IMG/VR virus record: IMGVR_UViG_3300036715_002570
Coordinates: 86,678-150,677 of that record
DNA length: 64,000 nt
DNA from: a virus
Reading direction: 5' to 3' (one strand)
The notes beneath the pieces were generated by a model. It saw only the letters and a list, made by a program, of their open reading frames with translations, was not told the DNA's origin and searched no databases. The position numbers were made by a program, and so were the translations under genes. Positions 9,352 to 19,111 of this stretch are shown in pieces. The number at the start of each line of letters is the position of its first letter. Position 1 is the stretch's first letter.

Positions 9352-10317
9352 TTGGCTAAGAAACAAGCACCGTATTTCACACTGGCTCCTACACAAAAAC
9401 CGAAAGTTGAGCCACCACCTGCCCAACTCCAGCTGTTCAGCAAGATGCACTTTGCGGCAATCGATCCGAAGATCGAACAGCTCGCTGATGAAGTCGCCCC
9501 GCGACTGAACAGAACAACGTCGATGACGTATTACGCAGTGCTCCATCCGGAGACTGTGTTTGAGCGGCTCGACGACATCCAGCCCGACACTGCTCAATAC
9601 GAAAAGTGGTCGTTGTGTGGCGTTACTGCTCAAGTAACCCCGAAGCGGATCCGCTCGTTCAGGGGCAACCTGAAATGTGTCTGCTGCGGCCGTGAAGGTA
9701 ATATGTTCCTTGTCGAGCGCCACAAAAACGACATAGGAGGATGCCAGTATCTGAACCTGTATCATGCGAGCCAATCTGGGCTCGCTCTGATGACGGTTGA
9801 TCACATCCTGCCCGATAGTCTTGGTGGCAAGTACAGTCAAGACAACTTCCAGACGATGTGCCGCAGCTGCAACAGCGCCAAGGGCAACCTGATGTCGATC
9901 CCTGAGATTGAGAAGGTTCGCGCAAACATCGCTTTGTACGCAAAATCCTGGGTCGTACATGAATTCCTTGACCTGCTGTTGAGCTTGCAGCTGCATATCA
10001 ATAAGGCAGAGGAAAACACGAAGGAACAGTCAGACTTGCGCAAAATCTTCGATCAGTACCGCCGCCGCATTAAGTACAACACCAAGCCGGGTGCTGCTAA
10101 CGCCGCTGTGCTCGAATTGCGTCAAGCTATCGACCGCCACTTCAGCCCGCGGCCCGTGATCGCCGCCCATGTCGTGAAGCCGCATTCGTGGCTTCACGAG
10201 ATTAAGTTGGCGTATCGTCGCTGGCGCAAGCAATCCAAGAAACTGGTTGCACAGTCGATTCGCCGGATGGGCGTATCACTAGTAAACATGTCGAACGCAA
10301 TGCTGTCGGATAAGTAA
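9352..10317 (+). CDS. HNH endonuclease-domain protein
   Basis: CVCCG...TVDHILPDSLGG....NFQTMCRSCNSAKG; GAGGAGG RBS before TTG. Confidence 0.8.
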   Translation: MAKKQAPYFTLAPTQKPKVEPPPAQLQLFSKMHFAAIDPKIEQLADEVAPRLNRTTSMTYYAVLHPETVFERLDDIQPDTAQYEKWSLCGVTAQVTPKRIRSFRGNLKCVCCGREGNMFLVERHKNDIGGCQYLNLYHASQSGLALMTVDHILPDSLGGKYSQDNFQTMCRSCNSAKGNLMSIPEIEKVRANIALYAKSWVVHEFLDLLLSLQLHINKAEENTKEQSDLRKIFDQYRRRIKYNTKPGAANAAVLELRQAIDRHFSPRPVIAAHVVKPHSWLHEIKLAYRRWRKQSKKLVAQSIRRMGVSLVNMSNAMLSDK

Positions 10318-10376
10318 CCCTGTTGTTTAATGGGTTTTGATCGATTAGGATCGAAACATCAACAGCAGGAAATTAC

Positions 10377-10511
10377 ATGAGCAGCTTCGCCAGAAAATTC
10401 AATGGTACTCATGTACTGTCTGCCATTGTGAATGCCACGGTGACCATCATCGTGTGTACGCTTACCGCCATCGGTGCGTTTGCGATCGGTCACATTGCGG
10501 GTTGGTGGTGA
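10377..10511 (+). CDS. small membrane protein
   Basis: AGGA RBS, 44-aa hydrophobic ORF. Confidence 0.5.
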   Translation: MSSFARKFNGTHVLSAIVNATVTIIVCTLTAIGAFAIGHIAGWW

Positions 10512-10512
10512 T

Positions 10513-10650
10513 ATGAACTTCAACGGCATTGAGAAAATGATTCTGGGCCTCATCTTCTGGGATGTGGTTGCTGTGCTAGCTGTTGGGGCTCTGTGCTCCG
10601 GCATTGTGTACGGCGTGTACAAGGCTGGCCAAGCCATTGGTGCTTGGTAA
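10513..10650 (+). CDS. small membrane protein
   Basis: 45-aa hydrophobic ORF abutting upstream stop. Confidence 0.5.
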   Translation: MNFNGIEKMILGLIFWDVVAVLAVGALCSGIVYGVYKAGQAIGAW

Positions 10651-10662
10651 CGGGAGAATACC

Positions 10663-10821
10663 ATGGACGACGAAAAGGTTTGCACGAACTACCTCGGCTA
10701 CAAGCAGTTTGTAGACGAAAAGGGTCGCTACAAGTGCATCTGCTGCAAACTGCCGTACACCAACGAGGGTGATGGTCTGTTGTGCAAGATGTGTGCCGAC
10801 AAAGAGGTTGGTGATGACTGA
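10663..10821 (+). CDS. small Cys-rich protein
   Basis: GGAG RBS; CICC...CKMC. Confidence 0.5.
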   Translation: MDDEKVCTNYLGYKQFVDEKGRYKCICCKLPYTNEGDGLLCKMCADKEVGDD

Positions 10822-10984
10822 CTTTAACGTCGCTATCCGGCGTGCGACGAGCATACACGGAGCAAGCACGATCTGTGTTGCGGTGGGTACTTTCGTGGAT
10901 TGATTGAGCTTGACTCTTGATTTGGGTCTTGTGATAGTCTGTATACTGGTTTTTACAAGACGAAGCCAAGTCGAGACGACAACC

Positions 10985-11018
10985 CAACATCGTCGGCCTC
11001 GCGAGGCCGACGATGTTG
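10985..11018. repeat. perfect 34-bp loopless palindrome
   Basis: caacatcgtcggcctcg|cgaggccgacgatgttg. Confidence 0.95.
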
Positions 11019-11065
11019 CACCGAAGGTGCAGTGATTGCTGTTCTCGAAACAAGAGGAGCACACC

Positions 11066-11332
11066 ATGTACCCGATTCTGCCAGCCAACCCAAATACCAT
11101 CACCCCTCAATCCCGAGGGGGGGTGATGTCCGCTGCCGATGTCGTTCGTAAGTACGCGATAATCGATCGTCATGCGGATATCTATAATGCGGTTCAGGTG
11201 GACCTCGCACACCTGCGATCTTGGGACACGTATCAACGGACTACTGCTGAGGAGCGTGAGCAGGCAAAGATCGCGCTCTACACAGTCTTCCACGAGAGAC
11301 TTCCGGGTGGAAAGCCGCAGAGGCTGCATTGA
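11066..11332 (+). CDS. hypothetical protein
   Basis: GAGGAG RBS before ATG 11066. Confidence 0.6.
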   Translation: MYPILPANPNTITPQSRGGVMSAADVVRKYAIIDRHADIYNAVQVDLAHLRSWDTYQRTTAEEREQAKIALYTVFHERLPGGKPQRLH

Positions 11333-11403
11333 ATTGCCCTCTTGACTTTTACCCTAAATCCTCCGATACTGGCTTCATTGTCGATCAACCGAGGATTCCC
11401 CAC

Positions 11404-12579
11404 ATGAGCACTACCGACCCCGACTTCGAACAGAATGAACTCGCCAACTCGATCGAGGACGGGCTCAATCCGGACAGCCTTGTTGAGATGTACGGTGAGC
11501 GCGAAATGCGGTGGTATCAGGTTGCAGCTCGCAACCAAGCCGTCGCCGCTCTCGAATCGGGCAGCAAGCGGGTCCTGATCGTTCTGCCCACGGGCGCAGG
11601 TAAGACCCTGACGATCGCCGCTTCCCTGTCGTTCCCCGCGATGCGACACGCACTCGGCGTTACGGGCGATCGTCCGCTCCGCGTGCTGTTCATCGCACAC
11701 AAGCACCGGTTGCTGTCGCAGGCCGAATCGACGTTCGTCTCCGAGAGCAACGTCGAACTGATCGCTCACAGTGCCTTCAGTGACCTCCCACCCGATCTGA
11801 TCAAGAACGGCTGGGACGTGACAGTGATCGACGAGGCGCATCATGAAGCTGCCTCAACATTCCAGCTGCATTTGGAGCGACTCGGCAATCGCCCGATCAT
11901 CGGCCTGTCTGCCACACCCGATCGTGCGGATGGCTGCCTGATCAAGTTCGATGTGATCATCAATCCGATCTCGCGTGAGCAGGCCGTGGCAGAGGGCTTC
12001 CTGGCGGAGACGTCGATCCACTCGTTCGTTGACGCCTCAATGAAGGACAAGACGGAGATCCTGACCGACATCTTCATGAACTTTGGCCATCAGATGGGCC
12101 AGACGATGGTGTTCCTGAAGACCAAGAAGGAAGTCGCTGCGATCACGCTCGTGCTCCAGTCGCTCGGCTACAAGGCAGTTGCGATCCTCAACCAGACCGA
12201 ACGCGAACTCAACCGTGTGCTCAACGACTTCTCGGACGGCAAGATCCAGTACGTGGTCAACTGCAACAAGATCAACGAGGGCGTTGACGTCAAGGGCTGC
12301 ACCGATGTCGTCCTTGGACGCCAATTTGGCTCGTACCCGCAGCTGAACCAAGTGATCGGTCGGGCAGCTCGGCCCGACTCGGACTGCAATGTGTGGGAGC
12401 TGATCAACCCGCTGTCTGGCCGTAACCTCGATACGACTGTGATCGTCGGCACGCCGAAGGAACACCGCCTGATGTCGAAGCGTGGCACAAAGTGGAACGA
12501 GCGTCAGTTCGACTATGTGACGCACCGCACGAACAAGCAGCTGGGCATTGCGTCTGGCATCCGCATTCGTCATAACTGA
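11404..12579 (+). CDS. superfamily 2 DEAH helicase (UvsW/ResIII-like)
   Basis: PTGAGKT, DEAHH, SATP, EGVD, QVIGRAAR; promoter ttgact-N17-gatact and RBS place the start at 11404. Confidence 0.9.
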   Translation: MSTTDPDFEQNELANSIEDGLNPDSLVEMYGEREMRWYQVAARNQAVAALESGSKRVLIVLPTGAGKTLTIAASLSFPAMRHALGVTGDRPLRVLFIAHKHRLLSQAESTFVSESNVELIAHSAFSDLPPDLIKNGWDVTVIDEAHHEAASTFQLHLERLGNRPIIGLSATPDRADGCLIKFDVIINPISREQAVAEGFLAETSIHSFVDASMKDKTEILTDIFMNFGHQMGQTMVFLKTKKEVAAITLVLQSLGYKAVAILNQTERELNRVLNDFSDGKIQYVVNCNKINEGVDVKGCTDVVLGRQFGSYPQLNQVIGRAARPDSDCNVWELINPLSGRNLDTTVIVGTPKEHRLMSKRGTKWNERQFDYVTHRTNKQLGIASGIRIRHN

Positions 12580-12587
12580 CGTGCAGC

Positions 12588-12622
12588 AAACAAAAACGGC
12601 CCCCACGGGGGCCGTTTTTGTT
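12588..12622. terminator. bidirectional intrinsic terminator
   Basis: aacaaaaacggccccc-ac-gggggccgtttttgtt between convergent genes. Confidence 0.9.
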
Positions 12623-12633
12623 ATCGGTGTGCC

Positions 12634-13092
12634 TTACTTCACTGGTGCACCCATGTACTTCAGCAGCTTGTAGCAGTCTACGCGGTCATCTGAAGTTGCT
12701 GGCAGGCCCGCACGGCGTGCAACCTCTGCACCAAGCCTGAAGCAGTACCACTTGTTGCGGTCCGCTGTATCAAAACCAACAATGAAGCCCAACAGACCAC
12801 GCCAGTCGTAGTCCTTGTATAGTTGTGTTTCCAACCACGTGAGAGCTTCTGCCTCGTTAGGAGCGCTAGCCTCTACGATTTGATGATCGGGGAATCCCTC
12901 CAGGAAGCTGTTAAGAGAGCGTTTCGTTACGCCGCTGCGCCGTGCGAACGCATCGATGATGTGCTTGCCGTCGGCTGTAACGATGGCACAGTGAGCCCAT
13001 GGTGCAAGGCCAAAGTGACCTGCCCGCAGTCCTTGTACTAGGCGTGACAGTGTGCTGAGGAATGCTGTGTCGCGGGTGAAAATAATCTTCAT
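12634..13092 (-). CDS. permuted papain-like amidase (YaeF/YiiX, C92-like)
   Basis: WAHCAIV...YDWRGL...KWYC. Confidence 0.75.
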   Translation of the reverse strand: MKIIFTRDTAFLSTLSRLVQGLRAGHFGLAPWAHCAIVTADGKHIIDAFARRSGVTKRSLNSFLEGFPDHQIVEASAPNEAEALTWLETQLYKDYDWRGLLGFIVGFDTADRNKWYCFRLGAEVARRAGLPATSDDRVDCYKLLKYMGAPVK

Positions 13093-13163
13093 GGTTGTCC
13101 ATTTGGCGTGTTGTTTGACCCAGTTATTTATCCAACGCTGTTAGTTATTTGGGAGATTCAACC

Positions 13164-13310
13164 ATGCAAATATTCAAGATCAGGAACTCAGTAGGACTGT
13201 TCTCAACAGGCGGCGCCTCACCGCGATGGGCAAAGTCTGGCACCGTCGCGGTGATCATCTAGCGCAATCGGACTGCGCAGCGGTGTGCGGAATACGAACG
13301 CCTCAAGTGA
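13164..13310 (+). pseudogene. frameshifted remnant of a GLFSTGG..P.W..GKVW-type phage gene
   Basis: MQIFKIRNSVGLFSTGGASPRW, then GKVWHRRGDHL in another frame. Confidence 0.45.
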
Positions 13311-13484
13311 GAATTCGGCTGAGGCCCCATTGACATTCAGCATTGCGTGGCGGGCAGTGCTTGGTTCGTCTGATTTTTGTGGGCACACCCTGCAAAAATC
13401 AGTAAATGGCCCTGTTGATCTTTCACCCTAAAACGATGATGATGGTCCCATCGCTGATCAAACCATTCCGAGGAAGCCCATATT

Positions 13485-14735
13485 ATGCTGAAGATCGATC
13501 CCAAGCTGCTGACTGTTGAAATCGTCCAACTGAAGGCTGTCACAACCGCTCTTGGCGGCAGCATCAGCGTGGTCGATCCCGAAGCCAGCGCGCCTGGCAA
13601 AGAAGCATACAAGCGGATCGCTGTTCCGTTGGCTGTGGCCCGTTCGTTCATCCAGAAAACCAAGAAAATCACGCGCTATCTCAAGCCCGTGTACACCGCC
13701 CTCGTTCGATACGACAACAAGCTGGTTGTGGCAATGGAACGCCACCCCCTTGCTGCAATGGGTGCTCTCGAGGAAGTGCTGGAAGATGGTACCGTCCATC
13801 GCTGGCGCGCTGCATGTGAGGTCAACCTGCGGTCGACTGTGATTCCGCTGCTGTCGAGCTTGAACCGCACGTGGTACTTCGACGGCCGCTACGCGTACGC
13901 ACTCGCTACGAACGATCCGTCGGCTGCGATCCGCTCCGGCACGTTTCTGACGCGCAATGGCAGCTTCCGCAAGGTCATCGCCTCGTGCATCGATCTCCAG
14001 GAGCTGTCCGACGTCAACAAGTTGACCGTGTGCGACCGCAGCTGCTTGGCCTTCGTGACCAGCAGCGGCCAGTACGCGATCTCCCCTCCGATCTGGAAGA
14101 ACCTGTCGGACGTTGGTGGCACTGCTCTGCGCAAGGCTGCAGCGGCTGAATCCACTGAAGACGAGGATGACGATGAAGGTACTGCACCCGACGCCGAGCA
14201 CCCGGATGACCAACACGTGTACAACTTCGACGAGATCGACCGTACGCTGGCCGTCAACCTGAATTTCGCTCTCGCCGCAGGCAATGAAATCGGTAAGCTG
14301 TTCGGATTCGAACAGATCGAGCCGCTCCAGCTCGATCGGTTGATGATCGAGCTGCATACGACCAACCTGCCGAACGTGCCAAAGCAAGTGAAGGCGACGT
14401 ACGACACGGGCCTGCAATTCACCCACGCGATGGCGTGGCTGATCGGAATGTTCCGTCACACGAAGACGCTGGACACGCTGATCATGATGCGAGCCCTGAT
14501 GAAGTACCTGACGCAGAAGGGCGTGTTCCGTAGCAGCACGTTTGATGCTGCTCACGTGTTCATGGAAGGCAAGTCGCAAGCTGACGTCCCCGTCCACAAG
14601 CTGGATGACCTGCTGCATGACGACACGACGAAGGTATCGATCGGCGCCCTGCTGAACCAGGCTCGCCGCGGTGCCAAGGCACGCAAGGGCCAGCCCCTGA
14701 TTCACCAAATCGGTGGCATGTTGAACGAAGAGTGA
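13485..14735 (+). CDS. hypothetical protein (416 aa)
   Basis: long ORF with strong codon bias and GAGG RBS. Confidence 0.8.
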   Translation: MLKIDPKLLTVEIVQLKAVTTALGGSISVVDPEASAPGKEAYKRIAVPLAVARSFIQKTKKITRYLKPVYTALVRYDNKLVVAMERHPLAAMGALEEVLEDGTVHRWRAACEVNLRSTVIPLLSSLNRTWYFDGRYAYALATNDPSAAIRSGTFLTRNGSFRKVIASCIDLQELSDVNKLTVCDRSCLAFVTSSGQYAISPPIWKNLSDVGGTALRKAAAAESTEDEDDDEGTAPDAEHPDDQHVYNFDEIDRTLAVNLNFALAAGNEIGKLFGFEQIEPLQLDRLMIELHTTNLPNVPKQVKATYDTGLQFTHAMAWLIGMFRHTKTLDTLIMMRALMKYLTQKGVFRSSTFDAAHVFMEGKSQADVPVHKLDDLLHDDTTKVSIGALLNQARRGAKARKGQPLIHQIGGMLNEE

Positions 14736-15036
14736 GGAGCGAACACATGGACAAGATCCCGAACCAATTCACTGCGGAAGACCGCGAACGCGTTGCGGAC
14801 GGCTATCCGCCGCTCGATATGAAGGACGCGGTGATGTACACGCTTACATACCTCCCTGGGATGTGAGCTAAACGGCCCAGTAAATACACCGTTGACATCC
14901 TTCAGCGTTTCGCTTAGGATATCTTCACTGAACGACGTACGCGTACGAAGTCCAGTGTGTAGTTCGAGTCGGAAGCATCTTCGCCTCCCTCTCCCACCAT
15001 CAACTCTAAATGTCTGCGGACAGATAGGATACTGAA

Positions 15037-16131
15037 ATGACGCAATTCCACCTCCTGCGTGGTTCTTCGGTCGAAGCCAAGGCCGTCTCCACTGGTTCTG
15101 GGAAGGACCGCAAGGTACTCGCCGAGATCGAGATCGACGGCAAGTTCCAACACCGCTTCACGCCGCAGTCGCGCGTGTCGAAGCACCTCGAGATCATGAC
15201 GCCCAAGGATCTCAGTGCCCGTCTCTCGGGCGGCTCGTTCTTCTTCATCGACGAAGAGGACGGCGAAGGTCCGAAGATGGTTGACTTCCGCGACGGCCAA
15301 TACCACGGGTTCATCCACACCGATGAGTCTGTCGGCAAGTTCATGGAAGTGCTCGGCTTCACTCACCGCAACACGATCCCGCTCCACCGTCGCAAGCGGA
15401 ACGCCAGTGAAGACGTCACCGACGTCGTGCTCCGTCGCGAGTGGTCGAACGGCGAAATCGAGGTCCCTGGTTACCAGTCCGGCGGCCAGTTCAACTCGCG
15501 CCTGTCGTTCGTCTGGAATCCGTACGTCAAGACGATCAATAGCACGTTCGACCTCGTCCGTCTGATCTGCACCAACGGTGCGGTTGGCCTGACGTCGTTT
15601 CTGAACACGAAGATTCCTCTGCAGAACCGCTGGGAGGAGCACCTGGACATCGCGTCGCGCCAGATCCAGAACAAGGTCAGCTCGATCGTGGTCGAACGCG
15701 TCCAGCGGATGATCGAGGAACGTGCGTCTGTCGGCGAGTGCCTGCTGCTCGAGCAGCACATTTTCGATCGGTTGTACTCGCCGACTCCGAAGTCGGATAA
15801 CGAGCGTGAGCGTCTGCTGGCGCTGCTGTCCGCCGTGTCGCCGCAAGCGCACATGAGCCAGGTGTACCGTGAGGAAGTGTTCCTCAACAAGGCACTCGCT
15901 GCTCAAGTGCAGGGCCACCTGTCGCACTTCGATCTGTGGAACATCGCGACCGAAGTGCGCACGCACACTGGATCGTCCGCTAACAGCTCGGATAACGCGC
16001 TGGACAAGCTGGCCAACAGCCTGATGTTCGACGTGGAAGACAACTACTCGCTGTCGAACGCGCGGATGAGCGCGCCGTCGCTCAGCTCGTTCGCTGACCC
16101 CGAAAGGGCTTTTTATGGGACGTTGAACTGA
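15037..16131 (+). CDS. DUF932-like protein
   Basis: RLICTNG motif, LWNIATE; promoter ttgaca-N17-taggat at 14892-14920. Confidence 0.7.
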   Translation: MTQFHLLRGSSVEAKAVSTGSGKDRKVLAEIEIDGKFQHRFTPQSRVSKHLEIMTPKDLSARLSGGSFFFIDEEDGEGPKMVDFRDGQYHGFIHTDESVGKFMEVLGFTHRNTIPLHRRKRNASEDVTDVVLRREWSNGEIEVPGYQSGGQFNSRLSFVWNPYVKTINSTFDLVRLICTNGAVGLTSFLNTKIPLQNRWEEHLDIASRQIQNKVSSIVVERVQRMIEERASVGECLLLEQHIFDRLYSPTPKSDNERERLLALLSAVSPQAHMSQVYREEVFLNKALAAQVQGHLSHFDLWNIATEVRTHTGSSANSSDNALDKLANSLMFDVEDNYSLSNARMSAPSLSSFADPERAFYGTLN

Positions 16132-16150
16132 GCACCCACCTGCTGGGCTG

Positions 16151-16178
16151 AAAGCCGCCTCCGGGCGGCTTTCCCTTT
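16151..16178 (+). terminator. intrinsic terminator
   Basis: aaagccgcc-tccg-ggcggcttt. Confidence 0.75.
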
Positions 16179-16247
16179 GCCTGATCCGTCTAGCTGATTC
16201 GGCAAGCTATAACGGGGATTTCCTACGATGAAAGCTGCTGTGTAGAA

Positions 16248-16281
16248 AAACGATCTATGATGGCGCCATCATAGATCGTTT
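16248..16281. repeat. perfect 34-bp loopless palindrome
   Basis: aaacgatctatgatggc|gccatcatagatcgttt. Confidence 0.95.
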
Positions 16282-16473
16282 ACCCTAACGCAACCGTTGA
16301 TAGCGAAGGGTTGTCACCCTTACAGGTCTGTGACGACCTGAACGAGGACTACGAAGATCACCTGGTCGTCCAGTGCACGCGTTCCGACGGAGATGCCCAT
16401 TCGCTCCGTTTAGGGTTAACGATAACTATGTTATGATACTCATCTTTTCAACTCCTCTATAAGGAATATCACC

Positions 16474-17049
16474 ATGAAGATCAAACTGATCGCTGCCATT
16501 CTGGCGCTCGCCTTCTCGTCCGCTCACGCTGCCTCGACCACTGTCGGCGTTGAGTACGACTACAACCACAGCATGAACAACATGCACACGCACTACTTCG
16601 CCGCCGGCGTGACCGAATCGTTCGACAACTTCAGCGTCGACGGGTGGGTGCAATCGCAGCGCTTAACTGACGGTGCCTCACCGGTCGACAACATCAACGG
16701 CTGGGAGGTCGGCGTGTCCCACACGTTCGCACTGCCGAAAGACTTCACGCTGTACGGCCGCACCGCGATCGGCACGTTCCACGGCATTGGCCCGTCGGAC
16801 GGCATCGCCAACTACTCGCTGACGACCGCCGAAGTCGGCCACCGCCTGAATGGCCACACGCTCGGCTACGCCAGCTACAGCTACACGCTCGGTCTGAACG
16901 ATTTCGCTATCCCGGTGATCCGCCGCTGGCAAGTCGGCGTGGACACTGAGCTGACCAAGAACTTGACGGTTCGCACTGGCTACTCGATGCAGCGCGCGAA
17001 CAATCAGGTCTACAATGGCCTGGTCGTCGTGACGTCGTACACGTTCTGA
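16474..17049 (+). CDS. small outer-membrane beta-barrel protein
   Basis: signal peptide ending AHA, amphipathic strands, C-terminal YTF signal. Confidence 0.75.
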   Translation: MKIKLIAAILALAFSSAHAASTTVGVEYDYNHSMNNMHTHYFAAGVTESFDNFSVDGWVQSQRLTDGASPVDNINGWEVGVSHTFALPKDFTLYGRTAIGTFHGIGPSDGIANYSLTTAEVGHRLNGHTLGYASYSYTLGLNDFAIPVIRRWQVGVDTELTKNLTVRTGYSMQRANNQVYNGLVVVTSYTF

Positions 17050-17244
17050 CCAACGTGTCCCACTCGTTGCCTAACTTCAGCCGCATGTTGACGGCTGAAC
17101 AGATCCAAGATCGCTTGCAACGGTTTTGGGACAGCAATGAACAGGATTGGAGCGTATTCGACGACGTTCCAATCCTGTTCAGCACGTCTGTGTGATGTAT
17201 CCGCACAGAATCCGTATGATCAACCTTTCCCTTGAGGTGCTCCC

Positions 17245-17856
17245 ATGATCTTTGGCATGTCCTACTTGGAAATCGCAGCGAACATGATGACAGTCGTCTG
17301 CATCCTGCTCGCCGGTCGTAACAATATCCACACGTGGTGGACTGGCATCGTTGCCTGTGTGCTGTTCGGTGTGCTGTTCTACCAGTCACAGCTGTACGCA
17401 GACGTCACGCTGCAGGTGTTCTTCATCGCGACGAGCGTGATCGGTTGGTACGCTTGGGCAACGAAGGGACCGGAAGCTGCTGGTCTCCCAGTCAACAAAG
17501 CAGACGCGGGTCTGCTGCGGATGGCTGTGATTGGCGGTGCCGCTGTCTGGCTCGGATACAGCTTCCTGCTGCACAAGTTCACGAACGCGTACCTCCCGTT
17601 TGTTGACGGCGCGGTGATGGTTCTCAGCATCATCGCACAATTGCTGTTGATGCGCCGGTCCGTTGAGAATTGGCCGACGTGGGTGCTGGTCAACATCATC
17701 AGCGTGCCGTTGTACATGTTGAAGGACCTGAAGCTGACTGCGTTCTTGTACTTCGTGTTCCTGATCAACGCAGGGATCTCGTGGAAGCACTGGCTTAATC
17801 TGTTCGACGACCAGCGCACCACTCCCACTGAAGCGCAAGCTGCGCTCGGCGTGTGA
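17245..17856 (+). CDS. pnuC: nicotinamide riboside transporter
   Basis: multi-TM; LYADVTLQVFF..S.IGWY.W, ENWP.W..VN. Confidence 0.9.
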   Translation: MIFGMSYLEIAANMMTVVCILLAGRNNIHTWWTGIVACVLFGVLFYQSQLYADVTLQVFFIATSVIGWYAWATKGPEAAGLPVNKADAGLLRMAVIGGAAVWLGYSFLLHKFTNAYLPFVDGAVMVLSIIAQLLLMRRSVENWPTWVLVNIISVPLYMLKDLKLTAFLYFVFLINAGISWKHWLNLFDDQRTTPTEAQAALGV

Positions 17857-17864
17857 AATAGGAG

Positions 17865-18914
17865 ATGGCCATGTACAAGACGGGCTTTGTCGTAGGTAAG
17901 TTCTCGCCTCTGCACAATGGCCATCTCCATCTGATCAATCAAGCTGCACGGCAGTGCGAACGACTAATCGTCCTCAGCTACTCGTTTCCGGAATTGCCTG
18001 GCTGTTCCGCTGAAGTGCGCAGGCAATGGCTGGCGCAAGTGCAACTGCCCTCCAACGTCGACGTCACAGTACTCGATCCAGAGCGGGTGGTTCTCCCCAA
18101 GAACGACGCCTCTGATTGGGTTCACCGTGAATTCTGTGCGCACATTCTTCGTGCGCAGCTTGGCACGGAGGTTGATGCTGTGTTCAGCAGTGAGACCTAC
18201 GGCCCAGGCCTTGCAGAACACCTCACCCGATCGTTCAACAAAGATCGAATGTACAAAACCAAGGTCGACCACGTTATGGTCGACCTTGACCGAACGACGA
18301 TTCCGGTCAGTGGTACAGCGTGCCGGAATGACCGATTCACGTTGTACACACATACACGCCCTGTCGTCCATTCAACGTTCGTTCACCGCGTTGTTCTACT
18401 CGGTGGTGAATCGTCAGGCAAGACAACCCTCGCAGTCGAACTGGCACAAGCGTTGGGTACACCGTGGGTTCCAGAGTACGGTCGCAACTACTGCGACCAG
18501 ATCGGCGGTGTAGATCGATTGCAACTGCAAGACTTGACGTTGATTGCACGGCGTCAGGTTGCCAACGAATTGATGATGGCTCAGTTGTTGTGCCGCACGT
18601 TTGAAGCGTTCCAGAAGCCACTAATCTGTGACACCTCTCCGCTGACAACACAGTTCTATTCGGAACAAATGTTCGGGACGGTATGCAATGAGCTGCGGCA
18701 GCTGGCGCGGCGCCAATATGATCTGACGATCGTATGTGAGCCTTCGTTCCCGTTCGTACAAGACGGAACACGTCAAGACGACTCATTCCGCAAGATCGGT
18801 CACGAGTGGTATTTGTCGAGCCTCAAGGGCAACGAGTATACTATCGTTAGTGGGTCGGTTGAACAACGCGTCGAACAGGCCCTTGCTGCGATAAGGCTAC
18901 TCAATGACAAGTGA
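17865..18914 (+). CDS. nadR: NadR-like NMN adenylyltransferase / ribosylnicotinamide kinase
   Basis: GKFSPLHNGH, SSETYG, GGESSGKTT, EYGR, ICDT, QDGTR. Confidence 0.9.
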   Translation: MAMYKTGFVVGKFSPLHNGHLHLINQAARQCERLIVLSYSFPELPGCSAEVRRQWLAQVQLPSNVDVTVLDPERVVLPKNDASDWVHREFCAHILRAQLGTEVDAVFSSETYGPGLAEHLTRSFNKDRMYKTKVDHVMVDLDRTTIPVSGTACRNDRFTLYTHTRPVVHSTFVHRVVLLGGESSGKTTLAVELAQALGTPWVPEYGRNYCDQIGGVDRLQLQDLTLIARRQVANELMMAQLLCRTFEAFQKPLICDTSPLTTQFYSEQMFGTVCNELRQLARRQYDLTIVCEPSFPFVQDGTRQDDSFRKIGHEWYLSSLKGNEYTIVSGSVEQRVEQALAAIRLLNDK

Positions 18915-19111
18915 ATTAACTGACGAACAAGTCTCTCTTCGGTGAAGACGCGATCAAGCAGGCCCACTGGCGAGTGGAGTCCGTCAGTCGTGATGCGCAG
19001 CAACTCCTACGCGAACGTCTGGAACGGGGCCTGATAGGCATCCAGTTTTCTGCAGACGATTGATCTGAATTTAGGGTTAGTTTATACTGGGGGTTCAAAA
19101 GGATCCCCAGC

